DNA of 64,000 nucleotides from a virus: positions 1 to 64,000 of the IMG/VR virus record IMGVR_UViG_3300020385_000005, one strand, 5' to 3'. A model generated the notes under the pieces. That model was not told the origin of the DNA, made no database searches, and saw only the letters and a list, made by a program, of their open reading frames with translations. The translations under genes and the position numbers were made by a program. Positions 31,695-41,748 of this stretch are shown here, one piece after another. Position 1 is the stretch's first letter; every line of letters begins with the position of its first letter.

Positions 31695-32822
31695 ATGAGT
31701 ATTGCGAAATTGTTAAGAGCTATTGCTGGAGATACTTCAGATGCGGCTAGTATTGCTGCTGGTAGAACTTTTAATAAAACACATGAAGATGTATTTAGTT
31801 CTAAAGCTACAGCTGATGCATTTGGGGCTACTGAAAGTACATTAACGCAGGCTTTTGGGAAAAGTGGCGACGAGTTTGAAACCTTCTTGAAGGGTCAAGG
31901 AGTGGGGGCTGAACAAATAGCTGGTCTTAAAAAGTTCCAAGATGAAGTTGGTAAAATAAAAGGTGAAGGTGGACAACTTAGTGAAGAAGGTATGCAGTCT
32001 ATGCTTAAGAATCAAGCAGAGCTTGATAACATGTATGGTGGATTTAGTCGTGCAGGTGCAACGGCAAGTCCTAATGCAATATTAAGAGGTCTAGGTGGCG
32101 AAGGTACTGGTGGAGAAGCGCTACTAGGTATTGCTGCAGTTGGTGGGTTAGCTGGTGCTGCTAATGTTGCTATGGGTGGTGACTTTGTAGAAGGTGCTGC
32201 AGTTGGTGGCGGTGTAGCATTTGCTGGAAGAACACTTGCAAAAGGTGTTGCTGGATCTATGGGTGATATAGAGCAGTCGATGATTAAGAGCATCTTAGGT
32301 GATGAGAAACCAATGCAAAAAACAATGCAGCAAGATGGAGCTCTAAGTCTACCTACGGGTACGAAACTTAGTGATATTAGCGCTGAATTTGATAATAGAT
32401 TACTCAGTGACGTTTTTGAGCGAAGTCAATTGATATCAAAAGGTCTTGATAAAGATGCAACTGTAGGGGCGGCAAAAAAGGATGCGACTTTTCATCTTGG
32501 AAAAGGGCAAATGACAAAGACCAAGATGGGAATTGATGAACCTATCATGAAAGAGGTAGAGCAAGAGCTTACAGGTGGTGCAGCGAGAAAGCATCAACTC
32601 CAAACAATAAAAGACATGAAAGACGATGATGAGCGCTTAAAGGGCTTTGGTAAGAAAAAGATGCGAGAATTATTAGATCCTGGAAAAAAGAAAAATGTTG
32701 CCATGAACAATAGAGCTTTAGTTTTAGGTGGTGGTATGCTTTCTGGTGTTGCTTTTACAGGCACAGCTGATAGAAGAGATTATAGAAGAGGCTTTAACGC
32801 ACATAGAGGTAATCGAATATGA
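31695..32822 (+). CDS. Gly/Ala-rich protein (375 aa)
   Basis: GLGGEGTGGEALLGIAAVGGLAGAANVAMGG...; composition parallels 28379..29482. C-terminus is ...GFNAHRGNRI. Confidence 0.55.
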   Translation: MSIAKLLRAIAGDTSDAASIAAGRTFNKTHEDVFSSKATADAFGATESTLTQAFGKSGDEFETFLKGQGVGAEQIAGLKKFQDEVGKIKGEGGQLSEEGMQSMLKNQAELDNMYGGFSRAGATASPNAILRGLGGEGTGGEALLGIAAVGGLAGAANVAMGGDFVEGAAVGGGVAFAGRTLAKGVAGSMGDIEQSMIKSILGDEKPMQKTMQQDGALSLPTGTKLSDISAEFDNRLLSDVFERSQLISKGLDKDATVGAAKKDATFHLGKGQMTKTKMGIDEPIMKEVEQELTGGAARKHQLQTIKDMKDDDERLKGFGKKKMRELLDPGKKKNVAMNNRALVLGGGMLSGVAFTGTADRRDYRRGFNAHRGNRI

Positions 32823-33256
32823 GTTTAATTATTTTAGATACTGATCTGCAACCTATCACAGGTCCATTTGTAACTGAACATAATGGTTTTACAGGTGGGC
32901 AACAAGAATTCTTATTTTATTTTAAGAATCAATTTCCTGAATTTTATTATGAAAACATAAGACTAAAAGTAGAGATGCCTGATCTGGCATTAGGAGATTT
33001 GTTTAGCACATCTGGATGGTCTGTTAAGATGAAATTTGGATCTGAACAACCTACTGAAAAAGAGTGGGGCGATGTAATTGTTAACAATGAAATTACATTA
33101 CCTATAGACATTGGTTCGTCAGAAGTGGCTAATACTGAATCTCTATTTCCAGTGTGGTTGAGAGTCTTTTGTCCTGGGCACACTAATCCTCAATATAAAA
33201 CAGATATGAATCTAAGTTTAAAATATTTTAAGAAATTAGTTTCTGGAGTAGTTTAA
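32819..33256 (+). CDS. hypothetical protein (145 aa)
   Basis: ATGA overlap with the upstream gene; no motif recognised. Confidence 0.55.
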   Translation: MSLIILDTDLQPITGPFVTEHNGFTGGQQEFLFYFKNQFPEFYYENIRLKVEMPDLALGDLFSTSGWSVKMKFGSEQPTEKEWGDVIVNNEITLPIDIGSSEVANTESLFPVWLRVFCPGHTNPQYKTDMNLSLKYFKKLVSGVV

Positions 33257-33741
33257 TGAAAAATTTCTTTGATGATGTTTTTGACAATAAGATCTTTTTT
33301 GAAAAAGAAGAGTTGTTAAGAACATTTAATGACAGGATAAAAGAAGAAGAAACTTTATTAAAAGAAGATGTAACAGATTCTTCTTTAGAAAATCTGATGC
33401 AAGAAATGCGTGAGAATCCAGAAAGACCCTTTACAAAAAAAGAGTCTATGTTGATAAAGGCCAGACTGGAAAGCGCTAAAGAAAAATGTAAAGGTTTAAT
33501 TCAAACTGTAAAAGATCAAAAAGAAACAATTGATAGAACTATAAGGGAGTCAGGTAGAAGCTTCACTCTGGATATTTCCAAGAATAGTAGTTTACGTAAA
33601 AGTGCGACAAATACTTTTGGTGGTATAAAAACAGAGATTACATATGATAATTATATGACTTTAGTAGAATTAAAGCGTATGCTTGAGCTTTCTGAAACGT
33701 TAGATATGATAGATGAGGTGGCCGAAAATGGGAATATTTAG
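33256..33741 (+). CDS. hypothetical coiled-coil protein (161 aa)
   Basis: Charged and helical-looking; start overlaps the previous stop. Confidence 0.55.
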   Translation: MKNFFDDVFDNKIFFEKEELLRTFNDRIKEEETLLKEDVTDSSLENLMQEMRENPERPFTKKESMLIKARLESAKEKCKGLIQTVKDQKETIDRTIRESGRSFTLDISKNSSLRKSATNTFGGIKTEITYDNYMTLVELKRMLELSETLDMIDEVAENGNI

Positions 33742-34051
33742 TAATATGCAAAAACGTCATGATAATGATTTCGACGATGGTGAGAAAGAACTCGAAGAAC
33801 AGTATCAAAAGTTCTTTAAAAAGATTGCTCGTGATTTTGTTTTAATTGAAGACTTGAGAAGAACTATTAATTCTATGAACTCGCTTATAGAAACTATAAG
33901 ACGTGTGAATCCTGAATGGGCAGAAGACATAGAAGAAAACATGGAATTTGGCAGCGAGAATGCAATTTTAAAAGCTATTGAATATAAAAACAATTTAGAG
34001 AAGCCTAGAAGTAAACGAAGAAAGTACAAGGACGTTACTGATGATAGATGA
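33728..34051 (+). CDS. hypothetical protein (107 aa)
   Basis: Trimmed to ATG 33728 (GAGGTGG lies 6 nt upstream). Confidence 0.5.
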   Translation: MGIFSNMQKRHDNDFDDGEKELEEQYQKFFKKIARDFVLIEDLRRTINSMNSLIETIRRVNPEWAEDIEENMEFGSENAILKAIEYKNNLEKPRSKRRKYKDVTDDR

Positions 34052-36320
34052 GATTCTAAGCGATGACGATTTATTGTTATTTGATGTAGTCACATTGATA
34101 AATGCATATGAAGAAGCCATGTTTAAAAGTATTCGCTCTGAAGAACCTTCAGAAGAGATAATACTTACTGGCTATCAAAATCCTTTAACAGGAGTCCAAG
34201 TCGCTTTAGAATTATCTTTATTTGCAGCTGATTCTAGTATGGAAGAAATTGTCGATAATGTTGTTCAAGAACAACAGAAACATGATGTTTCTTCAGGCGA
34301 TGAAGAAGCATCATCTGCTGACTCTAATCAACCTGAAGAAGATATAAAGCACTTTTATGCTGAGTGTGAATTGACTAATGAAAAAGGTGAGGCCACAGAT
34401 GAGTGGTGGGATCCACAGGATAGTACAGTTAGAAAAAACTTAAACTTCAATCTTAAAGATAAGTGGGACGGTAAACCTGGTACGTTAGAGCCTATAGGTT
34501 ATGAATATAAGAAAAAACTAACCAATGAATGGAATGTCAAAATGGGGGGCAAAGTTACTAAATGGTTAGAGGATAATGCTCCAACAGTAGATATCGGAAA
34601 CAAAACATATAAGTTAAGCATAGAGGAATGTTTGAATTGTATGATAGATATAAACATTGGACTAACTTTACCATCATTAGAGTTTGTCTTTAATCTAGAT
34701 AAATTTTTAAATCAAATAGACCAGATGTTAAAAGATATGCTTAGGGCTATGGATCCTAGTTTGCTTTATGATGCTATCTGTCAATTTTTATTAAACTTTG
34801 GAGCTAACTTTGCATGTCCTGCAAATCTTATTGGCATTAATTTAGTTCTACCGACATTATTCGCTAAGTACAGTTTAGATTTAGCGAAGATACGATTTGA
34901 TTGGACAGGGTTATTTGGCGGGATGATAAAGACCTTGTTAAACTTCTTGGTGCAAGCTGTAGAATCAATTCCAAGAGTAGTCAATCCATTTATTGATTGT
35001 ATAATCAATGCTATGAAAACTATCATGAATGCTTTAAGAGCAATAGTGGCTTCTGGTGAAAAAATTACAAATGAAGTAATTAGCACTGCAAATGAAGTTG
35101 GTCGAATGATACAGAAGGTGACACCCAAATCATGGTTTGACCCTGTATCTGTAGACCTTAAAGAAAAACATGACTCCTTAGTAGGAGATTTAAAAAAGCG
35201 ATTAGAAGAAGAAAAGAAAGATATCGCTGATTTTAAACAAGAAGAATTACCTGAAGAGATAGAAAAATTTGCGGAATTTTTAAAAGATGCATCTTATAAT
35301 AGAGAGGGAGACTGGAGCTTTTTTACAAAGACATTAAAAAAAGAACCTCTAACCTATGAACAGAGTTATGCTTTGTTGCAAACTTATCTTAAGGATTGGG
35401 AAAATGAAGATTTAAACCATTACTTAAATTATTCTGAAGTTGGAGCTAAAGAGAAAGCAAAAACCACTACAGGTAATTTGCAATCCGCTTACAAGAAGCA
35501 AATTGAAGCTGCAAAGAAAAAAGAATTGCTAGATGAGAAAAAAGATTTTTTTAATTTTGATTTAGCAGCTGATACTAAATCAATAACCACACCTTATTAC
35601 AAGAAACCTAGTAAACCTGGTAAAAGATTAAATTTTGATTATGCAGGATTTACTGGTGATGGTTTTGAATTCGTTCCAAGAGATTCTAGTCCCAAGAAAA
35701 GTGACTGGTCTGCATTGGATTATGCTTTTGCTGCATATGGTGTTGATATCAAAAATGAATATCAGCAACCAAAAGATCTAATAGATTACAGAGCCAAAGG
35801 CTGGGTGAGAGAGCTTGATAAAACAGATACTTTCCGATGGATAAATAAGTATATCATTGGCTACTTAACAATAGCTAAAAAATGGCTAAATGAGCAAGTA
35901 GGGAAAGTAGTGCAAACTCTAAAAGGTTTGCAAGCTTTTATCGGAGAGGCAGTTCAATCAGAATTTAAAGTGCTAGGAGATTTAGCAGCAGTAGCGCATT
36001 TAATTAGATTTGTCCGGTTAATAATGAAGTTCTCAGAAAAAAGACTTTCTTGTGAAAATGTAAGACAAAATAAAAAAATGGCAGAAAGTTTAATAGAACA
36101 AAACAATAAAAATATAAGCGTAGAAGCTGCTTCAGGGCAGTTAAATTACAATAATAAGCTTTTAGCAGAAGAAGACTATATAAAAATTAAACATAAAGCC
36201 ACAGGTAAAATTAATATTATAGATTTAACAGAATGTTCTGATTTAAACTCTATGATTAAAGTAAATAAAGACAGCTTAGACTCTATCTATGAGGGGATCC
36301 TAAATGGCTTACACACCTGA
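34041..36320 (+). CDS. large virion-module protein (759 aa)
   Basis: Acidic N-terminus, hydrophobic central region, Lys/Glu coiled-coil segment. No motif recognised. Confidence 0.55.
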   Translation: MIDEILSDDDLLLFDVVTLINAYEEAMFKSIRSEEPSEEIILTGYQNPLTGVQVALELSLFAADSSMEEIVDNVVQEQQKHDVSSGDEEASSADSNQPEEDIKHFYAECELTNEKGEATDEWWDPQDSTVRKNLNFNLKDKWDGKPGTLEPIGYEYKKKLTNEWNVKMGGKVTKWLEDNAPTVDIGNKTYKLSIEECLNCMIDINIGLTLPSLEFVFNLDKFLNQIDQMLKDMLRAMDPSLLYDAICQFLLNFGANFACPANLIGINLVLPTLFAKYSLDLAKIRFDWTGLFGGMIKTLLNFLVQAVESIPRVVNPFIDCIINAMKTIMNALRAIVASGEKITNEVISTANEVGRMIQKVTPKSWFDPVSVDLKEKHDSLVGDLKKRLEEEKKDIADFKQEELPEEIEKFAEFLKDASYNREGDWSFFTKTLKKEPLTYEQSYALLQTYLKDWENEDLNHYLNYSEVGAKEKAKTTTGNLQSAYKKQIEAAKKKELLDEKKDFFNFDLAADTKSITTPYYKKPSKPGKRLNFDYAGFTGDGFEFVPRDSSPKKSDWSALDYAFAAYGVDIKNEYQQPKDLIDYRAKGWVRELDKTDTFRWINKYIIGYLTIAKKWLNEQVGKVVQTLKGLQAFIGEAVQSEFKVLGDLAAVAHLIRFVRLIMKFSEKRLSCENVRQNKKMAESLIEQNNKNISVEAASGQLNYNNKLLAEEDYIKIKHKATGKINIIDLTECSDLNSMIKVNKDSLDSIYEGILNGLHT

Positions 36321-37431
36321 TGAAAAAAAATTTTGGTTCACAGATAAAGCTCATGAGTTATACTTAAAAAAAATGGATAAGAATCGTGAAGGAATCAAGC
36401 AAGTTAAGATTACTGTAAAAGAAGTGGATACAAATTTAACACCGATGCCAACCCCTACACAAGAAGATCGCAGCCTGAATCAACGTGATTCAGGATATGG
36501 GGAATCACTGATGTCAACCCCTACCCTCGAATCAGTTTCACCCGATGCACCTTACTCAGAAGAAGCTCCACTTTCATCTTTTTCAATGAGCTCACGCCTA
36601 TCAGATTCAGTAAGTGAGCCAAGAAGATCTGCTCCTCAACCTGTAGAGGTTAAATTAGATCCACTTATATTAGTCCATATAGACCCTTATCAATTCGAAG
36701 GGATCATATCTGGAATGGAAGCACCTGATGTATACAATGATCTAAAAAGTTTCTTTGACTCTTCTTTGCAAGAAGCATTAACGTACCCTAATTATAGTAA
36801 TTTATTCATTAAATTTGGTAAAAGAGATGTAGTAGGTGATGGTAATAATATGATGCAAACTATTAATCGTGTAACTGGGTCACTTTCTGGCACCTTAGTA
36901 CAGAACAATAATAATCGTTGGGGAACGGGAACTGCTTTTAATTTTAGGTGGGCCATACAAGAATTAATTAGAGCTTATTATGAAACTATAAATGTCAATG
37001 ATGTATATGAAAGTTCATTTAAAAAATTAAATTCAATCATTATCATTTATAGTGCAAGTTCATCGTTTAAAGTTAATAAAACTATAGATGGATTAGAAAG
37101 AACACTTAATGAAAAAAAATTCCTACTTAGTAGCGCACAAGGTTTTGGGGTAGGAGATCCTAATGAAAATTTAGAAGCTGCTGTATATAAACCTAAGGCA
37201 CCTATTCAAGATATTAAATTTTTGTATTTAATCGAAGTGACAGATCAAGATGATCATATTAAACCAGCAACCAGTGGTGAAACATCTAACTTTCAATGGA
37301 GATCGGAACATTATAAGATCGGTTCTCCAATAAAATTAACACTACCAGTTAATGGTACACTTCATAGACATTCTAGATTAGAAAAAGAATTAGCGAATAG
37401 CAACTTGTTAGTTACTCAAACTTTATCTTAA
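36304..37431 (+). CDS. hypothetical protein (375 aa)
   Basis: Long ORF in the operon; Ser/Pro-rich N-terminal third. Confidence 0.55.
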   Translation: MAYTPDEKKFWFTDKAHELYLKKMDKNREGIKQVKITVKEVDTNLTPMPTPTQEDRSLNQRDSGYGESLMSTPTLESVSPDAPYSEEAPLSSFSMSSRLSDSVSEPRRSAPQPVEVKLDPLILVHIDPYQFEGIISGMEAPDVYNDLKSFFDSSLQEALTYPNYSNLFIKFGKRDVVGDGNNMMQTINRVTGSLSGTLVQNNNNRWGTGTAFNFRWAIQELIRAYYETINVNDVYESSFKKLNSIIIIYSASSSFKVNKTIDGLERTLNEKKFLLSSAQGFGVGDPNENLEAAVYKPKAPIQDIKFLYLIEVTDQDDHIKPATSGETSNFQWRSEHYKIGSPIKLTLPVNGTLHRHSRLEKELANSNLLVTQTLS

Positions 37432-37442
37432 AGGTTAATAAA

Positions 37443-38930
37443 ATGAAAGCAATTGATTTTGAACATGTATTGAGTGCTATCTCAAATAAAGACAGAAACG
37501 TACCTGTGCAAGGCAGTAAACTTTCTGGAGTTAAAGTAAAAAAACTCAATGGAAGAGCCATGTCCTATGCTGATCGCCATAGAGGACGATGGTTTAAACC
37601 AGAGTATGATTTAACAGAAATACAAGTAGCTCAAGATACTGATGCTTTTCTTTTCAAAGCCATACAAAAGAAAGTCCAGAGATTTATTTTAGCTGGGTGG
37701 GAATTTGTTGGTAACGATAAAGAAACAGTAAAATATATTAATTATCGAATTAAAGAAATTGAAACTGTTTCAGGCGTACCATTTAATTTGTTAATGTCTG
37801 ATTTAGCGCATGATCTAGTCAGATACAGTAATTGCGCTTGGGTAAAGAGTAGAAACAAAGATGCTTCTTCTGGAAAAGTAATTAAAATAGGCGAAAGAGA
37901 AATAGAGCCTGTAGCGGGATATTTTATCCTGCCATTTGAAACTTTATGGTTCAAAGTTAAGAAAAACGGTGAGCTAAAAAAAGTATTACAAAAGCAGCCT
38001 GGCAATGCAGAGAGTAAGGAATTCTCACCAAACGATGTAATTCATTTTTACACTAATAGAAAACCAGGGTTCACTATGGGTACTCCTGAGATCCTACCTG
38101 TGCTAGAAGACATTGCTTTGCTTAGAAGATTAGAAGAAAATATAGAAGAAATGATTGATTCTAATTTACATCCATTATATCACTATACTGTTGGTAACGA
38201 TGTAATGCCTGAACGTTATGGGCCTGATGGAATTAAGGAATCTGATTTGGTTCGAAGTACAATAGAATATATGCCTTCAGGAGGCATTTTTGTATCTGAT
38301 CACAGACATAAAATATCAGCAATTGGTTCCGAAGGTAAAGCGCTCAGGATTAAAGAATACTTAGATTACTTTAAAAAACGCGTTTATGCTGGATTAGGCG
38401 TTTCTCCAATGGATATGGGAGAGGGAGACACTGCTAATAGAAGTACAGCAAATGCATTATCTAAAATAGCAATTCAAGATGTAGAAGCTTTGCAAAGAAA
38501 TATAAAAACGTTTATAGAGACTTATGTAATATCAGAACTTCTTTGTGAAGGTGGTTACCAAGATGCATTAACAGATCCCGAAAAGATGGTTTATGTAAAA
38601 TTTGGTGCAGTTGATAAAGAAGAGAAAATCAAATTAGAGAATCAGGTTATTCAATTATGGTTAAACAATTTGCTTACGGAAACAGAAGCAAGAGTAAAAC
38701 TTGGAGAAAGACCTGTCATTGAAACTGATAAAGAAAATCTTTATGAAAATCTTTATTCAAAAAAGAACGCTAAGTCAGAGTTAAATGTTAGCAACAATAT
38801 TGCACAGCCAGAAAATCAGCATGGTAAAAAGACTGCACCCAAGATGACTAAAACAGATGAAAAATTGTATGAAAGAATAAAAAATACAGATAATACTTCT
38901 GATATCTTGAAAATACTTGAAAACTACTAA
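37443..38930 (+). CDS. portal protein (putative, 495 aa)
   Basis: Size and position fit a portal, directly upstream of the protease/scaffold and capsid genes. The general sequence pattern is portal-like by eye only. Confidence 0.5.
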   Translation: MKAIDFEHVLSAISNKDRNVPVQGSKLSGVKVKKLNGRAMSYADRHRGRWFKPEYDLTEIQVAQDTDAFLFKAIQKKVQRFILAGWEFVGNDKETVKYINYRIKEIETVSGVPFNLLMSDLAHDLVRYSNCAWVKSRNKDASSGKVIKIGEREIEPVAGYFILPFETLWFKVKKNGELKKVLQKQPGNAESKEFSPNDVIHFYTNRKPGFTMGTPEILPVLEDIALLRRLEENIEEMIDSNLHPLYHYTVGNDVMPERYGPDGIKESDLVRSTIEYMPSGGIFVSDHRHKISAIGSEGKALRIKEYLDYFKKRVYAGLGVSPMDMGEGDTANRSTANALSKIAIQDVEALQRNIKTFIETYVISELLCEGGYQDALTDPEKMVYVKFGAVDKEEKIKLENQVIQLWLNNLLTETEARVKLGERPVIETDKENLYENLYSKKNAKSELNVSNNIAQPENQHGKKTAPKMTKTDEKLYERIKNTDNTSDILKILENY

Positions 38931-38971
38931 TATAACTATATTAAGATATATTTAATCGCGCGAGGTTAAAG

Positions 38972-41719
38972 ATGAGTAAATTTATTAAATACCATGACTT
39001 TGTACAAGTCAATCCAGACGAAAGAATATTGTCTTTAGATAAAGATAATAAAACTCTTATGATAGATAACTTACTTCAAAGCATTGAAGAAGATAAAAAG
39101 GGTTTAATCATAACTTATGATCTATCACATTCTGGACGTAGAATTAACAATCGTATTTATTCTACTAAAGGGCAGCAAAAAGGTATTGATTCTTTAACTG
39201 ATCCTTATCCTAAACCAATTCTCAAAAATCACAATCAAACAGGAGAGCCTATTGGCAGGTTTGTAGGAGGAGAATGGCAAAGTCTAAATGATATTGCTTC
39301 AGATTTTTTAAATTCTGATAAAGCTATGTTAGATGTACATGGAGCATTTAGCGATGACGACCCTGAGAAGATTTACAAAACTTTAAAAAGTTTAAATCTC
39401 TTAGATAATAAACAGTGGCCAGGTTTAGGAAGAATGCGAGTCCAAGCAAATATTACTGACGAAGAAGCTATTAAAAAGTTCCTTGATGGCAGGTATATGA
39501 CTTTTAGCGCTGGATCTACGACAGACAGGCATGTATGTAGTATCTGTAACCAAGATTGGGTTTCAGAAGGTATGTGTGAGCATCGTCATGGAAAGATGTA
39601 TGACGGTGAAATTTGCGTATTCATTACAGGTGACTTTATTGTATTAGAAGGTTCTGTAGTAAATACTCCTGCTGATGATCTTTCTCAAATTGTCAGCATG
39701 GAATTATCTGATAATCAAGAATCAAACACTGCTGTAGATAGTTATTCCTATCCAGAAGAAATAATGTTTAGCGATTCAAATTATAATCTAGGAGAGATCA
39801 ATGGGTTACAAACAGCCAAGCAAATCGAAAGTAGCGACAACGAAAAAGAAGAAAACGAAGAAGAAGAAGAAATATTAATGGACGAAAAATTTGATCATCA
39901 AATGACAATTAGTGAAAGCTCTATGGAAGAGTTGCATAAAACAGGTGTGACTTATGTAACTCAATCTGCTGGTAAAGAATCGATGATTATTAAAATTAAC
40001 TATTCTGGTTCGATGCGAAAAGAATCAGTTGAGAAAGATTTTGAATTATTTGAAAATGAAATTTCTGAACTTGTAGAAGAACTCATAGATGCCAAAACAT
40101 TTAAAGTGCCTGCTGGAGCAAAAGGAAATGCTCAAAAAGTTTTAAAATGGAAAAAAGAAAAAGGCTCAGAAGTCAAAGGGATGACACCTGTAGGTTGGGC
40201 TCGAGCAAGACAACTTGCTACTAAATCTGAAATCGGTTTATCTACCGTAAGAAGAATGGCAGCTTTCAACAGACACAGAAAGAATGCTGCAGTTGATCCT
40301 AAATTCAAATCCGAACCATGGAAAGACCGAGGTTATGTAGCTTGGTTGGGTTGGGGTGGCACATCAGGAATTGATTGGGCTGTTAGAACTAGTGCGGCGA
40401 ATAAAGATAGTTTGATTGAAGATGCATATAAATCTTCTCCCAAAGGTAAAGGAGCAAAAACTCCTGCCGAGCCTAGTGAAAGAATTAAAGGTTCTAAAAA
40501 GAACAAGAAGGGTTCAGCTTCAAAAGCAAACTCAAAGATTGCAGTAGGTTCAGTACTTGAGACTTTAAAAGAAAAGCTAAAAAGCCACAATGCAAAATAT
40601 GGAAAACAAAAAGGCAAAAGAGTTAGCTTAGGAATGTTAAAGGCAGTATATAGAAGAGGTGTTGGTGCTTTTTCTTCTACTCATAGACCTAGTATGTCAA
40701 GGTCTGGTTGGGGCGTTGCTCGAGTTAATGCGTTTTTAAAACTAGTTAAAAGTGGAAGACCCTCCAATCCAAAGTATACTCAAGATAATGATTTGCTGCC
40801 AGCTGGGCATCTTAGAAAATCGTCTCAAAAACAAACTAAAAACAAAAAGGACTTTTTTATGAATGAAGAATTTTTAGAGTTAGAAAGCGACTCTGATGAT
40901 AGTGGTTTAGAAGTTGAAGTTTCAGAACCAACTTTAAAAGAGCAAGAAGAGCATGATGAATCTTTTTCTGAAGAAGATGAAGAGGAAACTTTAGATAGTG
41001 ACAATTCAATTGATATTGATTGGAATATTTTGGATTTAGCACTTCAAGCTACTATGGCTCAAGCAGGTAGTGATCTAAGCGTCGAAGATAGAGAGCAACT
41101 AGATGATGCCGCATTTTGTGGACCTGACAGATCTTTCCCTATTCCAGATTGCACACATGTAGACGCTGCTAAAACTTTAATTACAAGCACTAAACTTTCC
41201 GATCAAGTGAAAGATAAAGTTTTGGCATTGATCGATGAAAGAGCAGAGACCCTAGCATGTGATTCAGAATCAACAGCTTTGAAATCTGAGCTTAGTGCTT
41301 TGAAAAATATGTATCAAAGCTTAGAAGAAAAGTTTAAAACAGTTATCAATTTTATTGAAAATAATAAAAGTAATAAAAATGATACTGAAGATAATTTAAA
41401 TGAGAATGGCGAAAAATCTGAAGATACAGTTGAAAAAGCAGATAAAGATGAACTAATAGTAGATAAGGAAGAAAAAGTTTTTTCATTGTCAGACAAGGTA
41501 TTATCTAATATGGATCAAGTTACCAGTCCTTCAGCGCACGCTAACGAAGAAGAACATCTAGGCAGCAAATCTAGACTTGACACGCTTGGTGCTTTTGAAC
41601 AAAAGATTGTCAAAGAGTATAAAGCGGTCCTATCGGATCATGGAAAAGATGCTGCTAGTAGTTATCTTTATTCTAAATCTAATTATTTACCCCGTGGTTT
41701 CAACCCAAATAACTTTTAA
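38972..41719 (+). CDS. prohead protease / scaffold-like fusion protein (915 aa, putative)
   Basis: N-terminal HSGRR...LEGSVVNTPADD is reminiscent of HK97-family prohead proteases. The C-terminal half is acidic coiled-coil. Two further phage-typical modules are present (VGWARARQL...RRMAAFNRH; VYRRGVGAFSSTHRPSMSRSGWGVARVNAFL). Confidence 0.4.
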   Translation: MSKFIKYHDFVQVNPDERILSLDKDNKTLMIDNLLQSIEEDKKGLIITYDLSHSGRRINNRIYSTKGQQKGIDSLTDPYPKPILKNHNQTGEPIGRFVGGEWQSLNDIASDFLNSDKAMLDVHGAFSDDDPEKIYKTLKSLNLLDNKQWPGLGRMRVQANITDEEAIKKFLDGRYMTFSAGSTTDRHVCSICNQDWVSEGMCEHRHGKMYDGEICVFITGDFIVLEGSVVNTPADDLSQIVSMELSDNQESNTAVDSYSYPEEIMFSDSNYNLGEINGLQTAKQIESSDNEKEENEEEEEILMDEKFDHQMTISESSMEELHKTGVTYVTQSAGKESMIIKINYSGSMRKESVEKDFELFENEISELVEELIDAKTFKVPAGAKGNAQKVLKWKKEKGSEVKGMTPVGWARARQLATKSEIGLSTVRRMAAFNRHRKNAAVDPKFKSEPWKDRGYVAWLGWGGTSGIDWAVRTSAANKDSLIEDAYKSSPKGKGAKTPAEPSERIKGSKKNKKGSASKANSKIAVGSVLETLKEKLKSHNAKYGKQKGKRVSLGMLKAVYRRGVGAFSSTHRPSMSRSGWGVARVNAFLKLVKSGRPSNPKYTQDNDLLPAGHLRKSSQKQTKNKKDFFMNEEFLELESDSDDSGLEVEVSEPTLKEQEEHDESFSEEDEEETLDSDNSIDIDWNILDLALQATMAQAGSDLSVEDREQLDDAAFCGPDRSFPIPDCTHVDAAKTLITSTKLSDQVKDKVLALIDERAETLACDSESTALKSELSALKNMYQSLEEKFKTVINFIENNKSNKNDTEDNLNENGEKSEDTVEKADKDELIVDKEEKVFSLSDKVLSNMDQVTSPSAHANEEEHLGSKSRLDTLGAFEQKIVKEYKAVLSDHGKDAASSYLYSKSNYLPRGFNPNNF

Positions 41720-41748
41720 TAAAACACAAAGAACTTAGGAGATGAATT

